Source: Picochlorum sp. SENEW3 (lineage: Eukaryota). Taken from it: a stretch of 64,000 nt of DNA. The stretch's first letter is position 1, and each line of letters starts with the position of its first letter. Below, piece by piece: positions 48,449-60,260 of the stretch. The stretch covers positions 1,240,001 to 1,304,000 of the forward strand of contig CP120453.1 in the NCBI GenBank assembly GCA_034226945.1, given 5' to 3'. A program made the translations under genes and the position numbers. The notes beneath the pieces are model-generated. The model searched no databases. It was not told the origin of the DNA and saw only the letters and a list, made by a program, of their open reading frames with translations.

Positions 48449-49307
48449 ATGGCCGTCGTCTCAACGCCAGTCGCACTTGTGGTTTTGTTGGTGCTCTTTC
48501 AAAGGGTCCAAGGGGCTTCATTGGTGACTCTAGAGCACTCTTTGGACGGAATTAATTATAAAAAGGCAGGATCATTCCAATTAGATGGGGTGCGTCAGTG
48601 GTATACAATAATTCATGTATCGACTGTTTTTTCATAATTCAGTCTTCTCTTCTTATATTCTCCACATGTATATATCACTGCAGAAAGTTACAGTAGCACA
48701 CGTACAAGGATATTCTTTGTCGAATATCCTCAAGACTGGGGTGGATACGAGCCATGCGCTGTATTTTGTACGGGTTGTTGGAAATCATGCAAATACCTTG
48801 GAATACCCCGTCGCATCGATCCCTCTGTCGTGTTGGATGCACGCAGGATCTAAAGCAAAGGTAGATATTTTTACCACAGAGCGATCGAGCGGTACGATAC
48901 AGTCGGTATCATTGCATGCTCCATGCCCAGTCAACCAGGTTGCTGTTGGCGGTGTGGGTGAGCTAGAGGAGTATGCATTGACGTATTCGATATCAACACC
49001 TCGAGTAGCGGCGCATGTACCGCTCATGACAATGCAAGGTGGCAGTGGAGAAGCACTAGAGTATTTAGATTTGACCAACCAAGGTCAACAGTCTCAGGAG
49101 GCTCAGAGCAGCAGTACGATGCAACCAACCAAGAAGGGAGGTGCGGCACAGGCAAAGGATGATAGAACATGGTTACAGAAGAATTGGATGTTTGTTGCTC
49201 TCGGGGCGTTTATATTGTTGAATAAAGTCGGAGCCGCTGCTCAGGACCAACAACGGTCAGGTCCTCCTGCGAGGAATGTACCAGTTGGAGGGAACGCACG
49301 TCAGTGA
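48449..49307 (+). CDS. ER membrane complex subunit 10-like protein
   Basis: Signal peptide, LEHSLDG, C-terminal DDRTWLQKNWMF plus TM; intron 48590-48683. Confidence 0.65.
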
Positions 49308-49662
49308 GCTTGCAGTGCCTATGGAAGCATGCACGGGGCCGCAAAAATAGTTGTGTGAGTCGAATCTATATTTTTAATTGAACAAACACGCGTCAACGCA
49401 GCACTAGAGGGGCGAGAGGAGAGTCAAAAACAGACTGGTGGCTGCCTGTACTTGGACCGTCCGAGAAAAATAGTGTCAGACAGTCTGACAGCGAGAGTTG
49501 ATGAAGACGGCTGATTCAACACCGCGTTTCATTATATATGTGTGTATTCCCCCGATCTTGACTAATTAATTGTTTATATTTTGAGGGGGTCGTTGTAACA
49601 GACAGATCACATCAGCATTGAATGCATTCCAGCTCTTGCAACTCCTCTTCTTCGTGTTGACC

Positions 49663-50418
49663 ATGAATTACGCCAGTATTCTTCTCCTGTTGGCCACGTT
49701 GTTGGTGTCGAGCTCCTGCGGAGTTCAGGCACGACGAATGCTGGAGAGTGATGATGAGAAGGCGGCACGCCTGGGTTTGATTGCCGAGTTCAAAGGTGAC
49801 GGGACTGCATATTCTCACTCAGTTAACAATGCCACAGGATTTGCCTGCTCCATGAGAGAAATCCCACCAAAGGCAAAGAGAAATTTCGTTGCGATCAATT
49901 CCGCCCAATGGAATAACGGTACAGACTGCGGCAAGTGTGTTGAAGTGTGGTGTGAAGACTCTTTTTGTGTCAACCGTTACACACCGGTAAAACTGATGAT
50001 TATGGATCTCTGCCCGGAATGCAGTAAAGGAGATCTGGATCTGAGTATTCCTGCGTATGAGGAGGTTACAGGCAGATGGCCTCACAGACTCAAGTTTGCA
50101 TGGAGATATATTGACTGCTCTGAAGAGTTCAACTTTGAAGATGAGATTCGCATGGACCTCAAGAAGGGGCCAAACACGTGGTGGAGAGCATTCTACTTTT
50201 CCGGCAACAGATACCCTATTGTGAATGTCACATTGAACGGAAGAGAATTAGGCCGATCTCAGTTCAACTTTTTCAATGACTGGAGTACACTTGCAGAGAC
50301 AGGACCATATAAATTGACACTGACTGCCGACACGGGTGAAACTCTTGAGACCGATGTCGACGATGTCATGTTGTCTACACAGTACTTACCTGTTCAGTTT
50401 TCCCGCGTGGACAAATGA
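49663..50418 (+). CDS. Expansin-like protein (DPBB + CBM63-like domain)
   Basis: GDGTAYS, FACS, VAIN, CGKCVEV, DLCPECSKGDLDLS, then an aromatic-rich second domain. Confidence 0.85.
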   Translation: MNYASILLLLATLLVSSSCGVQARRMLESDDEKAARLGLIAEFKGDGTAYSHSVNNATGFACSMREIPPKAKRNFVAINSAQWNNGTDCGKCVEVWCEDSFCVNRYTPVKLMIMDLCPECSKGDLDLSIPAYEEVTGRWPHRLKFAWRYIDCSEEFNFEDEIRMDLKKGPNTWWRAFYFSGNRYPIVNVTLNGRELGRSQFNFFNDWSTLAETGPYKLTLTADTGETLETDVDDVMLSTQYLPVQFSRVDK

Positions 50419-50823
50419 TGAGGGTCACAAGACCACATTATACCGTAGGCCACAAATTTGTGTGTCCTTTAAAGGACCAATTCATCAAAAAGAAAAAGGC
50501 AATAATTTTTTCCTGAATACCTATCAACATAGTTTCAGAAGAAGAAGAATAAGTTATTTATGAGATTTGATTGTTTAGTTTGATGTTTCGTAGCAATGAT
50601 ATTGATTGATACAATACAGAAAGAAAAGAAAAAAAAGAATGTAACAAAGTCTTCATGAATTGGGCGCCACCATGATGATTGGCTCGCGGACGCGGACGAC
50701 CACACATTTTCGAATCCTTGGTCCAAGAGTACCACATGGCCCAAGAATCTCAGCAACCCTGACAAAGTCGCATAACTTTTTCTATCATTTAATTGTACAA
50801 CATTTTCATTCACACAAGTATCA

Positions 50824-51408
50824 ATGCAGTCACTTGCCGTCTCCAGAGTACCACGCGTTGGTGGTTTTACAAACTGGCAGCCAGCCAGAACAACCACACA
50901 CCGTATGACCCCACGTGCCAATGCTAGTGAGGGAACAACCGAGTCTGAGACTCCTACAGAAGGTTCGACTGTATTCTATGCCGGGAACAGCTACTCTGAA
51001 AACGAGTGGGCGGATGCAGTGAAACAAGGTGTGGTGGTCCCTGCTCCAGCAGAGCCAACAGAGGCTGCCAACCAGGATATGAGCATCGCTGATGTGATGG
51101 CATTTTCCGGACCAGGTCCAGAAATTATCAATGGAAGATTAGCCATGCTGGCATTCATTTCCGCATTGGGAGCAGAATTGTCCTCTGGAGAGACTGTCTT
51201 GAAGCAGTGGTCAGATGAGCCTACAGGCGTGTTTTTGAGCTTTGTTTTATTCAGTGCGGCCAGTTTGATCCCAATGCTCAATTCTACAAAGAGAGAAGCA
51301 TTTGGACCATTCTCCCCAGAGGCGGAGACGTTGAATGGGCGTGCTGCCATGATTGGCTTTGCCAGTCTCTTGGCAATTGAAATTGTCAAGGGATCTGCCT
51401 TGTTTTAA
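50824..51408 (+). CDS. ELIP: Early light-induced protein (ELIP/CBR), copy 1
   Basis: Two LHC motifs EIINGRLAML and ETLNGRAAMIG. Confidence 0.9.
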   Translation: MQSLAVSRVPRVGGFTNWQPARTTTHRMTPRANASEGTTESETPTEGSTVFYAGNSYSENEWADAVKQGVVVPAPAEPTEAANQDMSIADVMAFSGPGPEIINGRLAMLAFISALGAELSSGETVLKQWSDEPTGVFLSFVLFSAASLIPMLNSTKREAFGPFSPEAETLNGRAAMIGFASLLAIEIVKGSALF

Positions 51409-51843
51409 AATGTATGATATATAGACGTCAAGACGATTCTTTATTGTTTCATTCATTCTTTTGTAATGCACTACATTCTAGATACTCACACGAGGTGTAG
51501 ATGTCATGGTGCTATTCAATTGGTTGAGTTCATCCTCCCAATTCCAACTGGGTTCAACTGTGACTTGTACTAGGTGATGACCCTAGCAGCGCTGTTCTAC
51601 CATTAATAACCGACTTGGTGCACATCTATTGAATTATAATTGATTCAAATTATAACAGTAGTTTAGGGTTACAGGATAGAGGGTGTTTGAGGCTTGGACC
51701 GCCGTTTTCTGATTATTCAACGCTCGGTGTGAACCAACCTTGCACGTTCCTCTCAACGAAAGTGCGATATGTTTACTCTGAGGGCGTGATTTTGCCGTTT
51801 AAATCCACAAAATCTATAGTGATAGAGAAGAGAGCGCGCATCC

Positions 51844-52968
51844 ATGGTATTGAACAATCTTCGCAGCGCAGGCTGGAGTGGTGGTCAAAGACGCTGGATC
51901 CTTCTCTTGGTGACTACAACAGTGGTTGGGCTCCCTCTGTTTGTATGGACACGTGTTATGAATGCTAGGGTGTCGAATTCTGTGTGCGCAGTGGGCGGAA
52001 CACTCTTCTCTCGGCCACAGAGCATGGAGGACATTGCCTGTCCACTGAACACAAAATATTTGAACGACTTTGTCGCTAACTATAGCCAGCACAGAGACGA
52101 TATCAAGGATAGATTAGTACGAGCTCGAAACATGTGGCGAGATGGGAACGCAAAAGCGTATGTGCAGCACATTCACAAGGGAGGTGGATCCACAATGTGT
52201 GCATTCCTTGCATCATTGCCCAAGCTGGGTGTCAAAGCTCAAAATAACTGCAACGGGCCGAGAGAGTTTTTTCACATTACAGCTTCAAATTTTAAGTCTA
52301 TAGAAGACCATATGGATTCGAGGAAAGAGAGGTTTGTCTTCAATGAGCGGTCAATGGCATCTGCTGCCAGTCCAGAGGCAGCTGATGCGAGGAAACATTT
52401 TATTTTGTTAACCTCCGTTCGCCATCCGCTGGATAGAATCATATCGCACATGTCGCATGTGTATGAATTGTCTATAGAAAACAAAAAAAATGTGGATGAG
52501 CTTGTGTTGTGGCTGAAACGATTTCTCAGTGATACCAAACCACAGGGAGCCAGGTTGAGTGAAGAGAAGGAGGAGTTTCACCATCATGAAAACAACTTTG
52601 AGACCATGGTATTTTTAGGAAGGTTTCACCAGCAGACCAGTAAAATCCCAGTGTCTGCTATGAATGCTCTTCACGCGCTCGATGCATTTGATATTGTCAT
52701 ACCAACAGATCAAATGTCGGACGGTTTGCAGATGATTCGATCCATGTTTGCCCCCTCCACCCTCGATAAGAAGAAACCTGAAGGAAAACGAGCGAATGCG
52801 AGGCAATCATCAGATATTCTGTCGGAGGCGATGAGAACACGTGCTGACTTGAGAGAGTTGCATCTAGAGATACTATCAGAAAATTGTGCAGACTTGGCCT
52901 TGTACCAACGGGCGCAAGTGGTTTTCCAGATGACAGTAGAGGTGATGGAGGAACTTGAGTGGATATAA
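51844..52968 (+). CDS. Golgi-type sulfotransferase family protein
   Basis: Type II TM; PAPS-binding-like motifs QHIHKGGGST and TSVRHPLDRIISH; C-terminal N..DLALY. Confidence 0.75.
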   Translation: MVLNNLRSAGWSGGQRRWILLLVTTTVVGLPLFVWTRVMNARVSNSVCAVGGTLFSRPQSMEDIACPLNTKYLNDFVANYSQHRDDIKDRLVRARNMWRDGNAKAYVQHIHKGGGSTMCAFLASLPKLGVKAQNNCNGPREFFHITASNFKSIEDHMDSRKERFVFNERSMASAASPEAADARKHFILLTSVRHPLDRIISHMSHVYELSIENKKNVDELVLWLKRFLSDTKPQGARLSEEKEEFHHHENNFETMVFLGRFHQQTSKIPVSAMNALHALDAFDIVIPTDQMSDGLQMIRSMFAPSTLDKKKPEGKRANARQSSDILSEAMRTRADLRELHLEILSENCADLALYQRAQVVFQMTVEVMEELEWI

Positions 52969-53123
52969 CACATTTGCCATATATTTATCCTATTTTATGT
53001 TTCAACCACGATACTACAATGACAGATTATAGAGTCAAAGAAGCGCCTGGCGGTCTGTTTCTAGAAGCGCGTCCTTGCATGGCCATGGCGAATCTGAGCC
53101 ACACATCTGGCATGCCAGATTGG

Positions 53124-53130
53124 TATAAAA
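53124..53130 (+). promoter_or_regulatory. TATA box of ELIP copy 2
   Basis: TATAAAA 110 bp upstream of the ATG, preceded by a 16-bp palindrome. Confidence 0.55.
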
Positions 53131-53233
53131 CCCCCGGGCACCCCTCAGGTGCCAACACAATTAAAACAAGTGAAATACATAATTAACGGACCAAGTCAAT
53201 TTCTATCAAGTAGTAAACGAATCTGTATTCACA

Positions 53234-53875
53234 ATGTACGCTGTTGCTTCCCAGAGAACATTCAACCTCAGAACCACTGTCCAAGGTGGTGCCTCCAAGG
53301 GTGGGCTCAGAAGACACGCCCGCAAGGCAACCTTTGTGGTGCGTGCCTCCGAGGAACCAGCCTCAGAGACTCCAAAAGCCACTGAATCCGCCTCAGCAAT
53401 GCCAAACGAGCAGGTAAGTATGCGCACGATGTGATGACCATGACTACTACAGGTGTCCGAGGGATGGACGGATACTGACCACTCACTTGTTCATACCATA
53501 CTACAGGCCGCCACACCACCACCACCACCACCAGCTCCAAAGACTCCAGGATTTGGAGAGCTGATGGCTTTCTCTGGACCAGCACCAGAGATTATCAATG
53601 GTCGCCTCGCCATGATTGCCTTTGTGGCTGCCTTGGGTGCTGAGCTCTCTACCGGGGAGTCTGTCCTCACCCAGTTCAAGGATGCTCCGGTCGGAGTCAT
53701 CGGAACCTTTTTGTTGTTCTCCGCAGCCTCTTTGATCCCAATGTTCAAGAATGCTGATAGGGAGGCCATTGGACCACTCACCCCACAGGTGGAGTTGACC
53801 AATGGACGTGCTGCCATGCTTGGATTTGCCAGTCTCTTGTTGGTTGAGGGATTCCGCGGAGCTGCTCTCTTCTAA
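53234..53875 (+). CDS. ELIP: Early light-induced protein (ELIP/CBR), copy 2
   Basis: EIINGRLAMI and ELTNGRAAMLG; intron 53414-53506. Confidence 0.9.
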
Positions 53876-54338
53876 GCATCAGTCAGGCCAATGACGATAC
53901 TATCACACCACAGATATGGTGAAACACATTCATATATGTACGAGAGTATGATTCTTTCTCATCTTGAAGATTTGAGACATTATTAAAACAAACAAAGGTG
54001 TATGTTCATGTTGATTATTTCATTCTTTTGGTTGTAAAGCATTCAAGCCTAAACACATTGCATACTTGGTCATGGGTGTTTTCACATCAACACCCACGAC
54101 TTAAATCATCGAATCTCAAACTCAGACATTCTCTCATGGACTTGAACTCTAAGTAAAACCGCTTGGAGAAATTCCAGATCTCTGAATCAGAGATCCATCA
54201 CCCTTCCAACCATAGCAGCACATGTGACACTCGCATCAGCATAAGAATAACATTGTTCGAACATTTCATATTTTTATCAGTACCGTTACATTGACTGCCA
54301 AGGTACCCATTGTCAAATACAATTGCAGCTGAATAAGA

Positions 54339-55400
54339 ATGAAATTCCTGGTACGACGAACTGATACGTTCCCTTGCTGCATTTCATCACCAATGCCGTT
54401 TTATTAACACCTGATATATTATCTATACGTATAGGATACAAAATGTGCATTTTCCATGCCCCTATTCCACCAACCAAGGGACAGAATGAGTGGTCGAGTT
54501 CAAGCCTCGACAACCCAGCTACCAGAGCGTTTGGATACCATTGTGGCATCTTTCAAGGCAGTGCCTGACCCAATGCAGCGATACAAGCAATTACTATTCT
54601 ATGCTTCAAAGATTGAGCCATTGGAAGGAGCATATAAAGTGGAGGAGAACAAGGTGAAGGGCTGTGTGTCACAGGTGTGGGTGGTGCCACAGGTCCAAGA
54701 GGATGGCACTGTCCAATGGATGGCTGATTCCGACTCTCAACTGACCAAGGTATGAATTCAGATTATGATAATGTGTACACACGTTTGGTATAATCAAACC
54801 ATGATCTATTCCTCCTGTGTGTAGGGATTGGCTGCTCTTTTGGTGCAAGGTTTGAGCGGCATTACGCCCAAAGAAATCATCACGATCCAGCCAGAGTTTA
54901 TCACTGAGCTTGGACTGCAACAGAGTCTGACTCCATCACGAAATAATGGGTTTTTGAACATGTTCAAATTGATGCAGAGCAAGGCATTGGAGCTTGCCAT
55001 GGAGAGTGTCAATGCAGCATCAAGTGGTGCTGCTACCGCTGGTGCCCGCGATGCCACGGTGAATGACACACCTGTAGAATCAGACCAAGAATATCATAAT
55101 GAAGAACAAGAGACATCATCGACCCCTGTCGGCGACAGCATTCGCCGAAAACTGGAACAAGAACTTGAGCCAACGAAACTCGTCATTCTTGATGAATCCT
55201 CCAGGCATGCCAACCATGCCGAAAGAATGGGCGCTGCCTCTCAGGGAGAGACACACTTCACCATTGAGATTGTGTCAGACAAGTTTCAAGGACTGACGTC
55301 GATCAAAAGACACAGACTGGTCTATGGAATTTTAGAAGAAGAATTGGAGGGATCAGTCCATGCACTGTCATTGGTTACCAAAACCCCCGAGGAAGCATAA
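54339..55400 (+). CDS. SUFE1: SufE-BolA fusion (SUFE1 type)
   Basis: NKVKGCVSQVW, ADSDSQLTKG, LTPSRNNG, then BolA DESSRHA...ETHF...KRHRLVY...HAL; introns 54351-54434 and 54750-54824. Confidence 0.92.
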
Positions 55401-55439
55401 ACACCCATTAATTTATATGTAAAGAATTCTACTATTGTA

Positions 55440-56597
55440 ATGTCATTCCGATCGATACAAAAAGCGCTCGGTTTGGGGTTTGCATGTCGACAACAGTGCT
55501 CCCTGAGTAATGTCGCAGTCACCGCTGCTCTGTTTCAAGAGAGGGCGTATTATTATTATCATCATCAAGGAAGAGATGATGAACATCACGGATCTCTGAG
55601 GAACTATTCCAATGTACCAGAAGATTTGGTATACTCTGGTCCAAAAGCTCCAGCCCCAACCAGAGTGACTCTTCGCACCCTGCAGCAAAAGTATCAGAAA
55701 GGCATTCCACTGACAATGATCACAGCATATGACTATCCATCAGCAGTTCACGTAGATATGTCTGGAATAGATTTATTACTGGTGGGGGATTCTTCTGCCA
55801 TGGTGGTGCATGGCCATGATACAACCATTCCTATTACATTGGAAGAGATGATTACGCACTGTAAAGCTGTTGCAAGAGGGGCGCGTAGGCCATTTATTGT
55901 AGGAGACTTGCCATTTGGATGTTTTGAAGAAAGCAAGGAGCAGGCTGTTGCGTCTGCAATCAAAATGATGAAGGAAGGTGGGGTAGATGCGGTCAAGGTG
56001 GAAGGAGGGTTTCCAGCCCGTGCTCACACCGTGTCGGCGATTAATGAGGCGGGTATTGCTGTTGTAGGTCATGTTGGACTGACCCCTCAGTCCATATCGA
56101 AACTAGGAGGCTTCCGGCCTGCGGGACGAACTGCATCAGAAGCGCTCCGAGTGATGAAGGAGGCTGCAGCACTTCAAGAGGCAGGATGCATCGCTATTGT
56201 CCTTGAATGTATTCCGAGCATCGTCGCAGCAGCTGTCACGCGTGAATTAAAAATACCAACAATCGGTATAGGATCAGGACCACAGTGCTCTGGACAGGTG
56301 CTGGTCTTCCATGATATGCTTGGATTTCTCCAACACCCACACCATGCCAAAGTCACCCCAAAGTTTTGCAAAAAGTATGCCAATGTAGGAACAGATATTC
56401 AAAGGGCGCTCCTGGAGTATGTCGAGGATGTAGAGTCGAAAGGATTCCCGACTGAAGCTCATTCCCCGTATACCATTCCAGGTGGGGAACTGTATGCCTT
56501 GGGCAGGGCACTGAAAAAGCAAGGATATACTGCTGCTGCAGAGGAATGTTTGGAAGGATCTGATCCGGGAGGAGATGCTGACGATGATGATGAATAG
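55440..56597 (+). CDS. panB: Ketopantoate hydroxymethyltransferase
   Basis: [39 protein letters not shown]. Confidence 0.96.
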   Translation: MSFRSIQKALGLGFACRQQCSLSNVAVTAALFQERAYYYYHHQGRDDEHHGSLRNYSNVPEDLVYSGPKAPAPTRVTLRTLQQKYQKGIPLTMITAYDYPSAVHVDMSGIDLLLVGDSSAMVVHGHDTTIPITLEEMITHCKAVARGARRPFIVGDLPFGCFEESKEQAVASAIKMMKEGGVDAVKVEGGFPARAHTVSAINEAGIAVVGHVGLTPQSISKLGGFRPAGRTASEALRVMKEAAALQEAGCIAIVLECIPSIVAAAVTRELKIPTIGIGSGPQCSGQVLVFHDMLGFLQHPHHAKVTPKFCKKYANVGTDIQRALLEYVEDVESKGFPTEAHSPYTIPGGELYALGRALKKQGYTAAAEECLEGSDPGGDADDDDE

Positions 56598-56637
56598 CAT
56601 AGTATATGTAAAGACACGCACGCATGTATACTATAGC

Positions 56638-56658
56638 GCATGCATGCATGCATGCATG
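56638..56658. repeat. (GCAT)5 microsatellite
   Basis: Directly visible. Confidence 0.85.
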
Positions 56659-56882
56659 ACACGCATTCATAAGAATATGAGTAGATCGTAGGGGTCCTTG
56701 TAGCGCGAATGGCGTTGCCATCCCATGGGATGCCGCATGTGTCCCATCAAAGCATGGCTGTCATGGGAACCTTGAAAAGAATATCGAGGCACGTGGCACC
56801 TTGTTCCCAACGTACACGAGGCTCCGTGACTGCGAGAGTCAGTATTATTATTTCTTATTTTCGACCACCACTATTATTAAAA

Positions 56883-58094
56883 ATGATGGAGTATTTTACC
56901 CCCATGAAAGGGGATGAAATACTGAAAACAAAGGTTGGATCGACATACCACTGGGTAACCAACGGCGAACCTCATGCTATTAGAAGACGAGAAATCTTGA
57001 ATAAATACGGTGATGAGGTGAAAAAACTGTATGGTTATGATACAAAAACAGCTTGGCAAGTGCTATCTGTGGTCTTGGCACAGTTTATCATGGCATACGC
57101 TGTCCGCGGGTGGTCCTGGGGCGTCATTGCGATTCTTTCATACGTGGTGAGTGGAACGCTGAATCAGAACTTATTCTGTGCTCAGCATGAAATTAGCCAT
57201 TGTTTAGCATTCAAGAAGCCGTCTCATAACAAGCTATTGGCGTTGGTGGCCAACATGCCACTTGTGGTTCCTGTTGCTGTCAAGTTTAGAGAGTATCACC
57301 ACGATCATCATTTGTTCTTGGGTGTTGATGGGGGTGATGTGGATCTTCCAACTGTTCTGGAGTCGACGTGGATCCGAGGGTTGGGTATGAAGTTGTTGTA
57401 TGGATTTGTCTACCTTGTTGTCTATGGCGTCAGGCCATTGCTTGTGAGGCCAAAGCAGGCACACATGGGTGATGTTGTGAACTGGATTCTTGTGATGGGA
57501 ACGAATGCGGCAGTGCTGTATTTCTGGGGGATCAAGTCCCTGGTATACCTGTTTGCTGGATCGATTCTTGGGGGAGGTATTCATCCCTTGGCTGGGCATT
57601 TGATTGCGGAGCATTACATGTTCGAGCCTGGACAGGAGACGTACAGTTATTATGGTCCATTGAATGCGTTGAGTTATAATGTTGGATATCATAACGAGCA
57701 TCATGATTTCCCTCAGATTCCTCAGACGCGGTTGCACATGCTGAGAAAGATTGCTCCAGAGTATTATGAGAATCTGTATCAGCACACCTCATGGACATGG
57801 GTGTTGTACAAGTTCTTTACGGATCCAAATATGGGTCCATGGTCTCGTATGCATAGGATGGCTCGTATCGGAGAGGAAAAGGCCAATGCACAGTACATTA
57901 CTGGCAATTGCCGGTATGGAACCAAGATGGATGTTGCAGGGATGGATCAGGAGAGCACCGCAACCAGTGCTCAGGTGATGCAGGAGAAGAATAGCAACGT
58001 GACGAATGGATTTGTGACGAGAGCATCCAGTCGTAAGGCTTCCAAGCACATCCGCTCTGATTCTGCCATTGAGAATTATGCCATGAACAATTGA
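56883..58094 (+). CDS. DES1: Sphingolipid delta-4 desaturase
   Basis: EPHAIRRREIL, His boxes HEISH, YHHDHH, HNEHHDFP. Confidence 0.93.
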   Translation: MMEYFTPMKGDEILKTKVGSTYHWVTNGEPHAIRRREILNKYGDEVKKLYGYDTKTAWQVLSVVLAQFIMAYAVRGWSWGVIAILSYVVSGTLNQNLFCAQHEISHCLAFKKPSHNKLLALVANMPLVVPVAVKFREYHHDHHLFLGVDGGDVDLPTVLESTWIRGLGMKLLYGFVYLVVYGVRPLLVRPKQAHMGDVVNWILVMGTNAAVLYFWGIKSLVYLFAGSILGGGIHPLAGHLIAEHYMFEPGQETYSYYGPLNALSYNVGYHNEHHDFPQIPQTRLHMLRKIAPEYYENLYQHTSWTWVLYKFFTDPNMGPWSRMHRMARIGEEKANAQYITGNCRYGTKMDVAGMDQESTATSAQVMQEKNSNVTNGFVTRASSRKASKHIRSDSAIENYAMNN

Positions 58095-58384
58095 CCTCGT
58101 AGTACATGTTTCTCGCATTTGATTTGGTTTTTTCTTCACCTTCTGGATTGTAACGAGTATGACAATGACATATGTTTTTTTAATACAAAAAAATCATGGT
58201 TGCGGTTACAAAACAGAGACATGATGTTATGAGCACGTGAGAATTCTGTCACCCTGGTTCTGTGGTATAGTAAGACTGGTAGTATGTAGTAATCTGATGG
58301 AATCATCACGGTGTCCGCAAAATTCAGATCAAAAAAGATGGAAAAATAGACCCGACTGAATTGGCTCCCCTTGGAGTCTAGGGC

Positions 58385-59494
58385 CTAGACTGGAGAATCA
58401 TGACGTGGCACTGACATTCTGACATTCCCTGCCCGAGCCACACAGCCATGCTTGGGGCTATGTTCGCTCGGACATAATGCCGAATCGTTATCAAAAGACT
58501 GTTCACTTTGCAGTAGATGCTTTCTTTCCGCCAGCTCCAAAACACCCTTGTCCGTCAAACTGGCAAGATTGGTGTGTCTGGGCAAACATTGATGCTCTGC
58601 CTCACAGGTGGACAGCAATGCCTTTGGAATCAACTGATGCGCATGCAATACAGACAAGATCACATACAACCCAAGCACTGATATGGCAATGAGCAACAGT
58701 ATCATGCAAAAGAAAACTGGCGCCAGCATGGCCCCAATGGACCGAGACTGGGTCCACTCTGGACCACCAGCATACATGGCTTTGCCAATTTGAATCAACC
58801 ATGCACCAACGAGAATCGTCGTCACTGATTTACTCATGCTCACAGCTGGAGACTTTGTAGCATATACTTCCAACATGGCACACACAAATGCAAACAACAT
58901 GGCCATGGCCAACAGCCAATGCACCATCTTATCCAATGCTTCATGTTTTTCATGCACAAACATTAAAAATCCCATGATGCCAATCCACAGAGCCGAAAAT
59001 GCTCTATTCACTCCTGGAGGAAGTTCCACCACACGTGATAGCAAATCTACGATCCCACTGGTAATAACTGCAGGGTAGGATGATGCATGCTGCCAATTAT
59101 TCACATTGTCACCAGCAAACTCTCCAGCATGCTTTGTTCCTTCCGGGCAGTACAAATGCTGGAATCCCTCTGATAAATGATCAAAGTACAATTCCATACT
59201 CATGGCAATAATCGGCAACACAATCTTCAACAGAGGCTCCATCAAGCTCATCCTCTCTCGTGGAAACCGATAAAAGGGCTGTGACTCAAACACCATCTTA
59301 TTCCGAACCGACACAACACTCCTGAGACACACATTATACGCCCACCATGATCCCCACACAACAAACAATATCCCAGGAAGGATATGCCCCATCAGCGTTC
59401 CTCCTTCACCCTGTGGTGGCACACCATCACAGCTCACCCCCATCCCTTCATGACCACCACCACCACCATGATGTGACATGTGATCCATATTCAT
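58385..59494 (-). CDS. TMEM45/DUF716 family membrane protein
   Basis: GTLMGHILPG..F...G.WW, NWQH, multiple TM helices, GAWLIQIG. Confidence 0.85.
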   Translation of the reverse strand: MNMDHMSHHGGGGGHEGMGVSCDGVPPQGEGGTLMGHILPGILFVVWGSWWAYNVCLRSVVSVRNKMVFESQPFYRFPRERMSLMEPLLKIVLPIIAMSMELYFDHLSEGFQHLYCPEGTKHAGEFAGDNVNNWQHASSYPAVITSGIVDLLSRVVELPPGVNRAFSALWIGIMGFLMFVHEKHEALDKMVHWLLAMAMLFAFVCAMLEVYATKSPAVSMSKSVTTILVGAWLIQIGKAMYAGGPEWTQSRSIGAMLAPVFFCMILLLIAISVLGLYVILSVLHAHQLIPKALLSTCEAEHQCLPRHTNLASLTDKGVLELAERKHLLQSEQSFDNDSALCPSEHSPKHGCVARAGNVRMSVPRHDSPV

Positions 59495-59530
59495 CTATCT
59501 ATCTATCTATATATATATATATATATATAT
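59493..59530. repeat. Compound (ATCT)n(AT)n microsatellite abutting the TMEM45 start codon
   Basis: Directly visible. Confidence 0.9.
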
Positions 59531-60260
59531 CGTTACAGTAGTAGTTCTTTTCTGATCCGTGTTCCTCTATCTTTCTTTCTTCTGGTATGAAAACATCTAT
59601 AGTGCGTGTATGCATAAAATTGATATGATGCGTGTTCGTTTCGTATGTATGCAACGGGTTGAGTTTAGATATTGTCCCTACATACACGACTGAACATACA
59701 GGTATATCAAATGTACTGTATCCACTGCCCTCTTGAACACCTGAACAGATTAGAAAACCTTATCAGACCATGAAGACAGACTATATGGCACACTGCATCC
59801 GTATAATGCAGTCGACCAAATGTCAAACGACGCAGTCAATGTACCAGATAGTCCCTTCGACCGTGACCAACCACCCCATATTATGGCCAAATCATCAATA
59901 GATGTGTAAAATATCCACAGATCATGATACAGAAACACGTACCGACGACTCGAAACCTTGCCTTGGTCGCAGAGTCGTGCCTTGTCAGGACGTGGGGGAA
60001 AAAAACTGTGGAAAATGCGGATAGTGCTTTCGCACTGAAATATTCCTTTTTCTGTGTCAGCAAAATTGAAAACCATAAAATATACACATGTCGATACGGG
60101 TCCGATGGCCTTGTACAGATTCCAATGGTTCTGCAGGTAACGCCGGGGCGGGCGCACCCTTTTGTTGAAAAGTATACCATCAACGGCTTGGTTTGATGGG
60201 ACACGGTAGTATACACGTTGATGGAGGGGCATATCTGCAGGAGGAATCTCTCAGTCTCAG

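Noticed and set aside
51661..51682. GTTTAGGGTT as telomerase RNA template or interstitial telomere
   Set aside because: Single short match, compatible with chance or a telo-box; no supporting Pol III promoter/terminator layout seen.
54339..55400. SufE-BolA fusion as a novelty
   Set aside because: Standard architecture of plant/algal SUFE1.
56638..56658. (GCAT)n as an RY/B3 regulatory element
   Set aside because: Indistinguishable from a simple microsatellite in a 3' region.
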